Both the position numbers and the translations under genes were made by a program. A DNA stretch of 63,770 bases, filler included, from Stramenopiles sp. TOSAG23-3 (taxonomy: Eukaryota): NCBI GenBank assembly GCA_900128585.1. It is 5 parts of 5 records of this genome, joined end to end, with 100 filler letters (N's around TTAATTAATTAA, not from the genome) between each part and the next. Parts side by side here need not be neighbours in the genome. Positions count along the whole stretch, not along the records: positions 28,698 to 57,129 come from LT642246.1; positions 57,230 to 59,343 come from LT645060.1; positions 59,444 to 61,557 come from LT645061.1; positions 61,658 to 63,770 come from LT645062.1; 1 more part is not named here. One strand, 5' to 3'. This document shows, in pieces, positions 53,578-63,770 of this stretch (positions are counted from its first letter, which is position 1; each line of letters begins with the position of its first letter). A model generated the notes under the pieces. It searched no databases, was not told the DNA's origin, and saw only the letters and a program-made list of their open reading frames with translations.

Positions 53578-55902
53578 TCAAAAGTCCTTGAAAATGTCTT
53601 GCTTGCCTTTGTATGTGCTGATGTCTGTATTAACCATCAACGGTTCAAAATTGTCGTTTGATATGCCGACCTTTGCGTTTATTTTTGGGACATACGGAGC
53701 TTTCATTTCTTTCAATAGAAGTTTCTGCCAATCGATTTTTGCAAAATACGGCGCGGACTTAATATCCTTGCAACCTCGAGCAAGACAGCCGTAACGCTTT
53801 TGAGGGTCCCTTGCGAGCAAACACTTGATCATATCGCGACAAGAACCGCCCATACTTCTTTGCATTTCTAACGGTTTCCGCAAAATATTTTGGCAAACCA
53901 CACGGTTGTCGTAGTTGAGGTAGTCCGCAAATGGAGTGGTTCCACTCTCACATTCGTAGATAAGTATTCCGGTTGCCCAGTAATCTACCCCTTTGTTGTG
54001 GCCACGGCGCAAAAGAATTTCCGGGGCCATGTACTCTGGTGTGCCACACAAAGTGAACGTTTTATCGGTCACAACTTTTGCAAAGCCAAAATCTACCATC
54101 TTTATGTAGCCCTCAGAATCGATCATTAAGTTTTCGGGCTTTAAATCCCGGTAGCAAATATTTTTTGAGTGAATGTATTCAAAAACAGAGACGACGCAGG
54201 CAGTAATAAAGCAAGCATGGGGTGAACTAACTTTCCCCCCGCGTTTCTGTAAAAATGCAAACAGCTCTCCACCAGGGACAATTTCAAGCAGCATATACAA
54301 CTGATTGGGGTCTTGGTAAGTGTTGATTAACTTTAGAACGAACGGATGGTCGCTCTCCTCCATCATGCGTTTCTCGTACAAAATGTTTGGTACCAAATTA
54401 TAGCTCACTATTTGTTGCTTTTGAAGGCATTTCAAGGCAAACCGATGCTCGTTGTACTCGATCAATTTAACCAACCCGAACGTCCCCTGGCCCAAGGCCC
54501 TTGACTGACTCAGACTTTTGAATGGAATCGTTCGCAGTTCAGACAGTTTTTTGCGCTCAATTGACGTTTTCTCGATGTACTTTTTCACGGTGCCAAGAAG
54601 AGCGTCGAAATCTGCTTTTTTCAACTCAAACGCACGAAAATGTTTCGATGTCACCCGAATGGTCGCCCCACGCTCTTCTCCACTCAGCAAGGAGCCTTCG
54701 CCAAAGTATTGGCCAGCTGCTAGCGCTGCTGTCTTCTTGCCATCGACAAGCACGTCGCACGTGCCCTCACGGACAACAAAGAAACTATCGCCAGATTCAC
54801 CTTGAGTGATGATGTCCTGGTTCATTGCATACTTTCTTTCCTTGAACGTTTCAAGAAGTTCTTGTCGGTTACTACCGTTTACTGATTTGAAGAGTTTTAC
54901 GCTCTCTAAGACCCGGTTGCCCATGTTACGATCTAACAGTTGGTTTAAGTTGCCCAGGAGCAAACTGAAGTTCTCTTTGTTCATGAACAAGCAGGTTGTA
55001 TCCTCGCGGCAAATAACATCGCGGGCCCGCTTCTGATCGTTCAGGAGTGCAAGCTCCCCAAAGTAGTCCCCCGCGCCAAGAATAATATCGTCTAAATCGC
55101 CACGCTTGTCGGTACACGCTACGCTGCCTTTCTCGACTAAGAAAAAGGCCGTGGCATCGTCGCCTTGATTGATGATTTTTGTGCCTTTCCTGAACATGTT
55201 GCGGCCCAACGCATCGGCAATTGACTGCTTTTGTGGCAGGGTCAAGGATTTGAACAAGTCTACTTTCTGTATTCTTTCCAAATTGCTCGCGGCTGCATTG
55301 GCAACAAGTTGGCACGTGATGTTTGCAAAAACTTCCCGAGAAAGTCTCCACAGTTTTGCAGGAGCTGAAACGCAGCGCACGGTGGCAGCCCTCGGGGCTT
55401 GGTACATCAGCGCGAGCTCTCCAAACACGTCTCCTTCGTTCAGAGATTTCACCTTGTTCCCATCGATGCATACTTCAAACTTTCCGCTGTCGATGAGGTA
55501 CATGTAATCGGCTTGCGCATCATCCTGTCGAACAACTTTCTCCCTCAATGTTTCAACTTTTAAGGGCTCCATAGCTTCAATCATTTTATGCTGCGACTGA
55601 GTCTCCAGCTCTTGGAAAAGAAAGAAGTTTTTCCCAAGAGAACTCTTGATAAACCTCTTCTTCGATTCTGACTTCGGGAAGCACGGGAATACAAAATCTG
55701 GCGATATTTTAATATTCGTTGTGTCCGCAACAACCATTCGTCGACTCTTTGCTTCAAGAATCAGCTCGACGGCTCGTTCGGTAACGTTTTCTGCGTCCAA
55801 GGTTGTTTTTCGGTTGAGGCTGTCCTTGCTATTTGACCCGGGGCTGCCTCTTCCCCCTCCCGCTGGGGAGCTTGTATTTTCTGTTGAAGCACACAAACCC
55901 AT
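53578..55902 (-). CDS. PKG: cGMP-dependent protein kinase (three cNMP-binding domains + AGC kinase)
   Basis: MGLCAS acylation-type N-terminus; FGELAL..PRAAT, FGELAL..KRA and FGEGSL..RGAT; GQGTFG, YRDLKPEN, DFG and TFTLCGTPEY. Confidence 0.93.
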   Translation of the reverse strand: MGLCASTENTSSPAGGGRGSPGSNSKDSLNRKTTLDAENVTERAVELILEAKSRRMVVADTTNIKISPDFVFPCFPKSESKKRFIKSSLGKNFFLFQELETQSQHKMIEAMEPLKVETLREKVVRQDDAQADYMYLIDSGKFEVCIDGNKVKSLNEGDVFGELALMYQAPRAATVRCVSAPAKLWRLSREVFANITCQLVANAAASNLERIQKVDLFKSLTLPQKQSIADALGRNMFRKGTKIINQGDDATAFFLVEKGSVACTDKRGDLDDIILGAGDYFGELALLNDQKRARDVICREDTTCLFMNKENFSLLLGNLNQLLDRNMGNRVLESVKLFKSVNGSNRQELLETFKERKYAMNQDIITQGESGDSFFVVREGTCDVLVDGKKTAALAAGQYFGEGSLLSGEERGATIRVTSKHFRAFELKKADFDALLGTVKKYIEKTSIERKKLSELRTIPFKSLSQSRALGQGTFGLVKLIEYNEHRFALKCLQKQQIVSYNLVPNILYEKRMMEESDHPFVLKLINTYQDPNQLYMLLEIVPGGELFAFLQKRGGKVSSPHACFITACVVSVFEYIHSKNICYRDLKPENLMIDSEGYIKMVDFGFAKVVTDKTFTLCGTPEYMAPEILLRRGHNKGVDYWATGILIYECESGTTPFADYLNYDNRVVCQNILRKPLEMQRSMGGSCRDMIKCLLARDPQKRYGCLARGCKDIKSAPYFAKIDWQKLLLKEMKAPYVPKINAKVGISNDNFEPLMVNTDISTYKGKQDIFKDF

Positions 55903-56485
55903 CGCTTGGTCTTTCAGGTATCAAATGTTTTATAAGGACTGTTTCGGTGGTCAGTTTTAAATGTTGTGGGGGGGGGGGTGAACAAAGACATCTATCAATT
56001 TCACCAGGGGTGTGCCTTCTTTACAACAAACCAACACGTACAAACTTGGATCGGAAAGAGAAAAGGCAGAAGAAGAAGAAGAAGAAGAAAGAAAGAAAGA
56101 AAGAGAGAAAGAAGAGAAGAATATCTTTTTGAGTAGTAGTATTACCAGTTAATACGACAACAACAACAGCACCACACACAAGTGACCATCTCTGCTTCGG
56201 GCCTGCCTGTCTTCCTGTACTGTTTATAACAATTCCAATTAAATTTCTGAATACTGTTCATAGTCTATAAACTGATGCCCTCCGGTGGTGGGGTGGTGGT
56301 GTATCCCCGTGGTCGATTATTTGATTAGTTATTCGGTTGGCGGCGAAACAAATCCATTTGCAGTTTTTAATCAAAATCCATGCTGTATCATCATACAACA
56401 ACAACGATCTTGTTAAATTTTGCTTTGGATCTTTATTATTTATTACGAAGTACGGTATCACATTTTACAATTAACTACGTACTCG

Positions 56486-56495
56486 TAGACGACTA
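56486..56495. promoter_or_regulatory. TAGACGACTA motif
   Basis: Exact 10-mer in the spacer upstream of PKG. Confidence 0.55.
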
Positions 56496-57096
56496 ATTAA
56501 TCCTCCTTTCCCAGTTTCCTCCAGTCCTTCAGTGGTCCAACACTCAGGATATAAATTATAGCGGGGTAGCAGGTCGAAACAAAGTCTCTATTTAAATTAT
56601 ACGTAGTCATTATTATTAGACTAGTCTATAGTATGATTTTCTACGGAAATATAGAACTGCTGCTACCTGCTACACAAAAAAATTGGTTTTTATCGACGAT
56701 GGTACACTTCCTCCGGACGAAGAACAGGTAACAGCGAGAGAATTGTTGGAAGGGTACTGCCTGTTCAAGGGCTTCGATACGTGTTTTGTATTCCAATACT
56801 ACAAACAGCAAACAAAATCTCAGGAGCGGAGATAAGTTCGCTGAAGAAGAAGATAAAAACAAAATTTTTGCCTCCTGTTATAATATTTATACGTGTAAGT
56901 AAATTAAAATTTACTACTGAAGTAGTATCTTCTTCAAAAAAACATTATTATTTTAATTATACCCCCGCAAAAGTGAATCTACTCCTTCTGTCCATTAAAG
57001 GCGTTGTTATAAAAAAACGGACCAATAATAGTTTTAAAAGTGCACACTCCCGTGAGAAAATCCCATAAAAAAACATATACTTAAAATTTTAATCTT

Positions 57097-57129
57097 TAAT
57101 TTTAATTACTTAAATAACAGCCAATTTTC
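57097..57129 (-). repeat. Conserved 3' element, copy 7, cut by the contig end
   Basis: TTAATTACTTAAATAACAGCCAATTTTC runs directly into the linker. Confidence 0.9.
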
Positions 57130-57229
57130 NNNNNNNNNNNNNNNNNNNNNNNNNNNNNNNNNNNNNNNNNNNNTTAATTAATTAANNNNNNNNNNNNNNN
57201 NNNNNNNNNNNNNNNNNNNNNNNNNNNNN
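57130..57229. other. Artificial contig linker
   Basis: 44N-TTAATTAATTAA-44N. Confidence 0.98.
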
Positions 57230-57253
57230 CAAGCAGAAGACGGCATACGAGAT
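57230..57253 (+). other. Illumina P7 adapter remnant
   Basis: Exact CAAGCAGAAGACGGCATACGAGAT at the contig start. Confidence 0.97.
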
Positions 57254-57364
57254 AGTTATCAAAGTAATACTAAAATTCAAAAAGTATGTGAGTATAAGCG
57301 GCCACGCAAGGTACCATAGCTTAGGTAACTCTTTCAATGAAGTTGAAAAGAAATTAGGAATCAT
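57254..57364 (-). CDS. N-terminal fragment of a probable MATE transporter
   Basis: MIPNFFSTSLKELPKLWYLAWPLILTYFLNFSITLIT matches the ExxxLxxLAxP start of MATE proteins; truncated by the adapter. Confidence 0.6.
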
Positions 57365-57853
57365 TTTACAAAGCAGTGCTTTTTCCTTGAACACTAACTA
57401 GAGCACTTGATAATGTTGCGTGTGTGGAACTAATAATACATTCAAATCGTCAACGGAACAAAATAGTACTATATCACATATATGATATCATTGTGTATTA
57501 TCCTCTTCTTGATAGAAATGTATTATGATTTTTATTCAATTTTCTGCTTTCTGAATTCGATAATGATTTCAATTGATGATTTAGATGAAGCTCCAAGATA
57601 ATAAACTTTATAAGTTTATAAGGAACGAACGAAGTGATGCTTGAATGTCAACAACATCATTTCGATTTGATTTGACCGGTGGCGTCCGATACCCGGGACC
57701 GAAGGTTTTTGCTAAAATTTTTATTTTTAGCGAGAAGATTTTTTTTCTGCCTTTGTTGTTGTTTGTGTGCACTTCAAAAAAAATAAATTTAAATTGGTTT
57801 CATGAAACATTTAAAAACGCAGCATTTGTTTACATAGTTTTTATTAGTTAGTT

Positions 57854-58507
57854 ATGCGTTTTATTTTCTTAATGCTATTTTCAGTTCAACGGCTAGGTTC
57901 GTCAAAGTTTCTTCGTGGACCGTTGAAAAGTTCATTACCGTGTACTACAGTAGTAACGTCCCCTTCATTTTTGGAATTATCTGAACATGGGGAAAGTGTC
58001 TTTCTCGTTCAACCGACTCAAGTTGCCCCTGCGACTTCTTACTTGCAGCAAATACCCTCGTTTTCTTGGGACAGTATGCAACAATCTGCCAGAATGTCAA
58101 ATGCCAACAGGGCAACTCCAAAGGTGTTGGATACTGGTTATGGTACAATGAATGATTTTCCGTATGGTTTTACTTCTGGTCGTCTGAATAAATTACCATG
58201 GCATCTTTATAAAGGTTTAGATTTAATGAGCTTATTGAAGGATTATTCAGGAAGGGGAACAAGTGGAAAGCCAGACACCTATAGAAATTGGAATTCAATT
58301 AGTCCAGAAAAGGGTTCAAAAAGTCCTGCTGTTGGTGATGAAATGAATGACTATCAAAAAGCTATGTTGTATAGTAGCATTAATCAGCTTGGCGCGGCCA
58401 CTGTACCAATAAATGTAATTTCTCCTCCGCAACAGCAGGGGATAATCGGTCCGACTTTGGGTAGTGCACAATATTATGGAGGTTTACCTTCAAGTTCATA
58501 CTACTGA
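57854..58507 (+). CDS. Hypothetical secreted protein (217 aa)
   Basis: ATG-initiated ORF with a short hydrophobic N-terminus; no recognisable domain. Confidence 0.6.
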   Translation: MRFIFLMLFSVQRLGSSKFLRGPLKSSLPCTTVVTSPSFLELSEHGESVFLVQPTQVAPATSYLQQIPSFSWDSMQQSARMSNANRATPKVLDTGYGTMNDFPYGFTSGRLNKLPWHLYKGLDLMSLLKDYSGRGTSGKPDTYRNWNSISPEKGSKSPAVGDEMNDYQKAMLYSSINQLGAATVPINVISPPQQQGIIGPTLGSAQYYGGLPSSSYY

Positions 58508-58566
58508 AAGTCATCAATAATATTTCGTAATATGTACATAAAAGTAGTATGTTGTAAACTAATAAA

Positions 58567-59343
58567 TTATTGTAAAGGTTTATTTTCTGTTGTATTACTT
58601 TTGAATGATGAATTTTCATCAAGCACTATATTTACCATTTGTTTTCCATTATTTATAGAATCAATTGTCTTTTTAGAAACTGTATCCTTACTAATGGAAT
58701 CCATTGTCTTGGTAGTTTTATCAATCATTCTTTGAAGAACATTTTGTCTTTTCATAACTCTTTTTAGTGCATTTAATTCTCCAGTAACACAACTAAGTTT
58801 TGTATTTAAAGATTGTATAGAATGTTTGGTATTATTTAATTCTATATCAGACAATCTTTTTCCATCTTTACTTTTCTCTAATTCTGTCTTTAAATATTGA
58901 ATACGATTTCGCATTCCACCCAAGGAATTTTCATCTGAACCATTCAATATCAACATTTCTTTCTCTAAATTTTCCACACGTGTTGTTTTTATTTTTAATA
59001 ATTCACATATTGTTGACAGCTCATCGTGTGCCTTCTGTTTTACATCAACAAAGGTGGATTCAGTGATTTTCTGTCGTTTGTCAGCTTCAGCGACAGTCTT
59101 GAATGCCTTTTCCAATTCATCTTTTTGAGATATTTGAATACTTTTAAGTTCCTCCAATTCATTAACTAAAAAACATACTCTATCTGAAAGATCTTGAGCA
59201 TAATCTAATGCACCATCTCTATCCACAACTAATTTATTGATTTCTTTTTTTAAAGTATTAATTGTAACACTTTGGTTTGAAAGTTGCTTAGATAGACTTT
59301 CCTGCCATTGAAATTGAAAACGAGATTGAGAAGGTTGAAGGTA
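58567..59343 (-). CDS. Coiled-coil protein, 5'-truncated
   Basis: The frame is open from the contig edge (YLQPSQSRFQFQWQESL...) to the stop at 58567; E/K/L heptads. Confidence 0.7.
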   Translation of the reverse strand, partial: YLQPSQSRFQFQWQESLSKQLSNQSVTINTLKKEINKLVVDRDGALDYAQDLSDRVCFLVNELEELKSIQISQKDELEKAFKTVAEADKRQKITESTFVDVKQKAHDELSTICELLKIKTTRVENLEKEMLILNGSDENSLGGMRNRIQYLKTELEKSKDGKRLSDIELNNTKHSIQSLNTKLSCVTGELNALKRVMKRQNVLQRMIDKTTKTMDSISKDTVSKKTIDSINNGKQMVNIVLDENSSFKSNTTENKPLQ

Positions 59344-59443
59344 NNNNNNNNNNNNNNNNNNNNNNNNNNNNNNNNNNNNNNNNNNNNTTAATTAATTAAN
59401 NNNNNNNNNNNNNNNNNNNNNNNNNNNNNNNNNNNNNNNNNNN
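59344..59443. other. Artificial contig linker
   Basis: 44N-TTAATTAATTAA-44N. Confidence 0.98.
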
Positions 59444-59656
59444 AAATATATTACGTATCTGCATAATAAGACAGAGGAGGAGGAGGAGAAGTGGAGGATA
59501 CTACGATATAATAATAATAATAATATTATTAGTCAAATCATCAGAAGGATTAAACCACAGAATTGACCATGTCCACTGACATCACCTTTTTATCATCTTT
59601 TTAACACACAAGTATATAACTCTTTTTATTGAAACATAGCAAAACATTTTACAACA

Positions 59657-60721
59657 ATGACACTATCGTTCTTTAGTTCACTCGCGTTGCTAGTGGCTGG
59701 TCTTTCCCTGGCTGCCGCGATCTCAGGCGGAGCGAGGAAAGTTCGCCTTGGGGAACATCCGGCCGTCGTAAGGATACCTGGCTGCACTGCCACTCTGGTT
59801 TCTCCTGGGGTGGTTCTGACGGCGCAGCATTGTATCATGTTCATGAGTGATGAAACAATTATCAATCGATATAAAGTCGCTTTCCCAGCTTTGTCGAATG
59901 GAAAGAAGAGTTTTAAGGTCGGCGTTACCCGTGTGGAAAGGCACGAAGACTTTGTACTTTACGACATCGACATGGACAAAAAGACGATAAGAAACCCATT
60001 GCGTTTTATCAAAAGATATATTCGAACCAGTTTGGACAAAAGTTTTTTCTTTCCGGGGGATATCGCATTGCTATATTTGGACCAATGCATCACCGATCGC
60101 TTGCCTGTGACAATTGGAACGAGCTCGGGAGTAGATGTTGACCCGAGGGCCTGTGACATTGTCCAAAGCGTAGGTTACGGCAATATCAACTCCGGCGGTG
60201 CGTGGGGCACAGTGCTGCAAGGAGGAACCGGTGACACAGGTGTAGTCACCACTGCACGCACTTGTGACATGCGCGCTCTCTCGCCGCAGACGTGTGCGTA
60301 TGCTTCATTTGGGATCGTAATGAATTTTATAAACAAAAGATTCTTTTCAGACCCAACAGCGCCGCATTACTACTTAAAAGACTTGGTCAAGAAGTACGCA
60401 GAAACGAAGTATTTAAACGCAGCGCGGTACAGCCACAACCTTGCAGATGAACCGTTGGTGTGTACATCGGCTGTTACTGAAGAAATGCAGATGATAAACC
60501 GAGGAGATAGTGGAGGACCCCTGTTTTCGGATGGAGTTCTTGTCGGGGTCGCGAGCCAGCACGGTGGCAATTCTAATGTTGTCTCGGCTGCTGGGGCAAT
60601 TGCTTACTATACTAAAGTATCGCACTACGATTCCTGGTTATTAGTTGACTTAAATTTTTTTTTTCTTCTTTCTTCAGCAATACTAAGTACGGTAGTCAAG
60701 TCTAGTCATATTATCCATTAG
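59657..60721 (+). CDS. Secreted S1 (trypsin-fold) serine protease
   Basis: Signal peptide, ISGG N-terminus, and LTAQHC, DIALL, GDSGGP triad motifs; exact C-terminus uncertain. Confidence 0.9.
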   Translation: MTLSFFSSLALLVAGLSLAAAISGGARKVRLGEHPAVVRIPGCTATLVSPGVVLTAQHCIMFMSDETIINRYKVAFPALSNGKKSFKVGVTRVERHEDFVLYDIDMDKKTIRNPLRFIKRYIRTSLDKSFFFPGDIALLYLDQCITDRLPVTIGTSSGVDVDPRACDIVQSVGYGNINSGGAWGTVLQGGTGDTGVVTTARTCDMRALSPQTCAYASFGIVMNFINKRFFSDPTAPHYYLKDLVKKYAETKYLNAARYSHNLADEPLVCTSAVTEEMQMINRGDSGGPLFSDGVLVGVASQHGGNSNVVSAAGAIAYYTKVSHYDSWLLVDLNFFFLLSSAILSTVVKSSHIIH

Positions 60722-61485
60722 TCTATCTTCTGTCTTATTTACCTGTAAAAGAAGAAAAAAAATCTTTTTAAATTCTACACTGTAAATTACAAGTCACAAA
60801 TATGGCCCTGCCTGCCACCTGCTATTCATCCCATCCATTTATTTAATAATATAAGCTCGAATCTCTACAAATAAGGCATACATTGTTGTAAGCAACACAA
60901 AAACAAACCAACCACAATTATTAGTGGCATACTCTTATTGGCTTATGAAGGAAGGCATGAGGCATGGCCTCCTTATAATGTTGAGTCCTAACGAAAATTT
61001 CATATTTTAATGCTGTGTGATGTATGGTGTACGAGGAAGGAAGCGACCTCGTGAAATACACGTAGTTAAAATCAAGAAGATGTAATCTAAAACAACACTT
61101 ACCTATGTATTGAATATTGCACTCACAGATTTCATTTGTTTTCTGCTCTGTTCTGTTGTTGTTGTTGCTGGCGCTGCGGCGCTGCCAATTTCAAATATAA
61201 AAAATAAAATGAGATGATGATGATGGATGATAGACTAGATCTATTATTTATATTATTTTATTATTATTTATTTTTTTTGAATTGAGAAGATGAAAAAAAG
61301 AAGAGCATCGCATTGTTGAACATTGTTTTCATTCTTTCAATAAAGAGTATGTGATTCAATTTGTATATACACTGTATAATCAACGAAACGAATATCATAC
61401 GCTAGAAACGTCTCTCTGATAATTGTAGGGTAACTTTCTTTTCGTTTTGTTTAGAAATCAAAACTGTACAAGAGTGCAACTGGAC

Positions 61486-61557
61486 ATGTCGAAACCAATT
61501 AGACTGACGGTGGGTCCACCGACAAAGAAGGTCGACAAGGGGCCGTCGAAGTGCTAC
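61486..61557 (+). CDS. Possible gene start truncated by the contig end (MSKPIRLTVGPPTKKVDKGPSKCY)
   Basis: ATG at the AT-to-GC transition; open to the edge. Confidence 0.4.
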
Positions 61558-61657
61558 NNNNNNNNNNNNNNNNNNNNNNNNNNNNNNNNNNNNNNNNNNN
61601 NTTAATTAATTAANNNNNNNNNNNNNNNNNNNNNNNNNNNNNNNNNNNNNNNNNNNN
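61558..61657. other. Artificial contig linker
   Basis: 44N-TTAATTAATTAA-44N. Confidence 0.98.
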
Positions 61658-61862
61658 AAATACGAGGACTATTACGACAAAAGCGTAAAGAAATCGAGCA
61701 AATAATGACTGTGGAAGACAAGAAATTCATCAAATTTTCACACAATAAAGGTATTAATTTCGGCACAATTGTATACTTGATTTCGAGCTCTTCGCGAACT
61801 GGAAGCGAACATTCGTCTCTTTATAAGCTGTGTTCGACAGACAACGGTTGCACTTTGGAACA

Positions 61863-63146
61863 ATGGGATGTATGCGGCGCGCTGGTTTCGCCATTCTTTC
61901 GATGTTTAAAACGATAAATGTTTATTGGCTTTGGATTTGGGGCTATACACCAGAGTCCGCTAGTGCCGAGCGAGTAGTAAACGGGAAAGTTTGGGAAGAA
62001 TTTTGCGATTCTATAAAAGCAGCAGGAGCGAGTATGCTCGCTGGTGACCCTCCAGTAGACGGGTTTAACCAGGCAGAAGGGTACCGGTACTTAACTCGCC
62101 TGTTGCGGGTGGCTCTGGAAAATTTTGTGGAGTGTGCTGACCCAGCCGCACCCGTGCTTGTCGCCTTAGCAAATGGAAGCCGTGCCGCACCAGTAAAAAT
62201 AGGCTCTGATAACCCCGACAATCTTTACCAAAGTGCGATAATCAGTTCGGAGTATGTGTACTGCGTAGAAGGGACGCGAGGAAGCGTTCACTACCTGGGG
62301 CTGGGGCTACAGTCAGGGACCTACGGAAAGCCAGGAGGGCTATTGACGATAGATTACAAAGAAGCTAGCGACATGGGGTTTCCTAAAGATCTGAAAAATA
62401 CCTCTCTTCCAATGAAATTTTACATCAGCACAAAATCAAAGATGCCAAAATGTTGCAGCCGAAGAAAAAGTCCAGTGCCATGGCTATGCATGGCAGACTC
62501 TCCAGTCGAACATGTACTCATCGTACGGCAAACTTACGAAGACAGGCTCACGGAGGAAGCCGCTGAATTAAAGATTTCTTGCGATGGAGGGAATGTACCT
62601 TCCAACATAACACCCAAGAAACTGGAAGAATCGTTGCAAACGGCAAGTTTATTTGTCGCCGGTGCATCTATGATGTTTTCTATGTGGGCCAAAGATTTTA
62701 AGGCGCACACAAACAAACTGCCACTGTTTGACCAAGAAAAGAGCAATCGTGCAGGAGGAGACCCAAATCTACGATACTATCATTCGTACTGGGCTTTGGC
62801 AGACGACGAGGCGTTGGTAATTGAGGCAATGCCACCGAAATGCGACTCATGGAATTTTCAATTGAATAATCATTGGATGGAGTCCCTTGAATATCGCTAT
62901 TTTACTGTTCATGTCAACGCCCACTTGGCAACGTATAATGACGATGGTTCCGTGATTGTTGTGGTATCCCACAACGATCCTGGATTGCCACATGTGAACT
63001 GGATTGATACTGTTGGTCATACGTGTGGAACTATGTGTTGGCGATGGATACGGCCAGAATCCGATCCTTGCCCTGCTCCCCGCCCGCGCGTTGTGAAGTT
63101 GTCCGCGTTTTTGCAAGAAGAAAACGGGAAGAAAAAGAACAACTAA
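61863..63146 (+). CDS. DUF1214-like protein of bacterial type
   Basis: WEEFCD..AG, AEGYRYLTRL, DNPDNLY, GTRGSVHY, LADDEALVIE, NHWMESLEY and DPG..NWIDTVGH..G.MCWRW are recalled from bacterial DUF1214 proteins. Confidence 0.75.
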   Translation: MGCMRRAGFAILSMFKTINVYWLWIWGYTPESASAERVVNGKVWEEFCDSIKAAGASMLAGDPPVDGFNQAEGYRYLTRLLRVALENFVECADPAAPVLVALANGSRAAPVKIGSDNPDNLYQSAIISSEYVYCVEGTRGSVHYLGLGLQSGTYGKPGGLLTIDYKEASDMGFPKDLKNTSLPMKFYISTKSKMPKCCSRRKSPVPWLCMADSPVEHVLIVRQTYEDRLTEEAAELKISCDGGNVPSNITPKKLEESLQTASLFVAGASMMFSMWAKDFKAHTNKLPLFDQEKSNRAGGDPNLRYYHSYWALADDEALVIEAMPPKCDSWNFQLNNHWMESLEYRYFTVHVNAHLATYNDDGSVIVVVSHNDPGLPHVNWIDTVGHTCGTMCWRWIRPESDPCPAPRPRVVKLSAFLQEENGKKKNN

Positions 63147-63770
63147 AAAGAGAATTGAGAAGCAAAGCATTAAATATAGTAATTAATATTATAGGTAAAA
63201 ATATAAGTACATTTATTAGTATAATACGAATACTCTGATTCTATTATTTTTTCTAGGGAGTCGTTGCGACGAGAGCAAGGATGCAAGTATCTTTGGCGCG
63301 GAATTGAAAAATGATAAACAACTTTGTGCTAACTATTTGAGGCAACGAGATCTTTATGAATGTTGGATAATTTTTACTATTTTAAACGCTCAAACGTCTT
63401 TCCACATAGCTAAACATATGTCCGTACCGCTCGTTTTACCAACACAAACTAATGCGTAAGTGTTTGTTCGGGTGGCGCTTGGTCAAAATCGTCCATTTCA
63501 CACAAAATTGTCCCTAGGAACCGTAATTCCAAGTCATTAGAGAGCAAACAATTTGTAAACGTTCGTTGACGGTCATACATGGGAATCGGAACGATTGCCT
63601 GGTCTAAACTTGTGCAGTTAGGCATTCCATTCGCTTTCCTTTATCATTTTAGGCCAGAACGCTTCCATACTTTGAAAATCGAGTCGGATTTTTTTTCGCG
63701 CCAAGGACACCGAACACTTTATTGAACAGCTGTCTATCAAAGCCTTTTACTTAACAAAAAACAACGACGG

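Noticed and set aside
57182-57253. C-terminal 'ISYAVFCL' of ORF 57182-57394
   Set aside because: It is the translation of the Illumina adapter (ATCTCGTATGCCGTCTTCTGCTTG).
60943-60978. Hairpin TTATGAAGGAAGGCATG...CATGGCCTCCTTATAA as a SECIS or ncRNA
   Set aside because: It lacks SECIS geometry, the upstream gene has no in-frame TGA, and it occurs once.
63250-63770. Gene or alternative genetic code in the last 500 bp
   Set aside because: The frames I translated are interrupted by mixed stop types with no recognisable protein; all confident genes here use the standard code.

Overview
Eukaryotic, gene-dense and almost intron-less DNA in the standard code, with GC-balanced ORFs and very AT-rich spacers. 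The gene content fits a heterotrophic protist, plausibly a stramenopile; this is inference only. The window is not one locus. It is five contigs joined by 100-bp linkers (44N-TTAATTAATTAA-44N), of 28597, 28432, 2114, 2114 and 2113 bp, so synteny across the linkers is meaningless. About 25 protein genes can be supported, including an EF-hand/RCC1/F-type-lectin protein missed by the ORF track, a cathepsin, OTU1, an alkaline ceramidase, GT8, PH-Sec6, TPR-GT61 (one intron), a frameshifted sirtuin, leuA, F-box/LRR, a 2771-aa IQ/coiled-coil/TPR membrane protein, ERdj3, PKG, an S1 protease and a bacterial-type DUF1214-like protein. The most unusual signals are non-coding. (i) A 3.5-kb cassette carrying a mosaic Kelch/beta-helix/Cys-repeat surface-protein gene and a ~79-bp tandem array is bracketed by a 105-bp direct repeat of the cathepsin upstream region. 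(ii) A near-invariant ~40-bp element (CAAGAAAATTGGCTGTTATTTAAGTAATT) occurs 7 times, at gene 3' ends or contig ends. (iii) A quasi-palindromic TAGACGACTA occurs upstream of genes. (iv) TACCWGGTA clusters occur between head-to-tail genes. Together (ii)-(iv) suggest an orientation-dependent intergenic 'grammar'. No rRNA, tRNA or CRISPR array was found. One Illumina adapter remnant is present.
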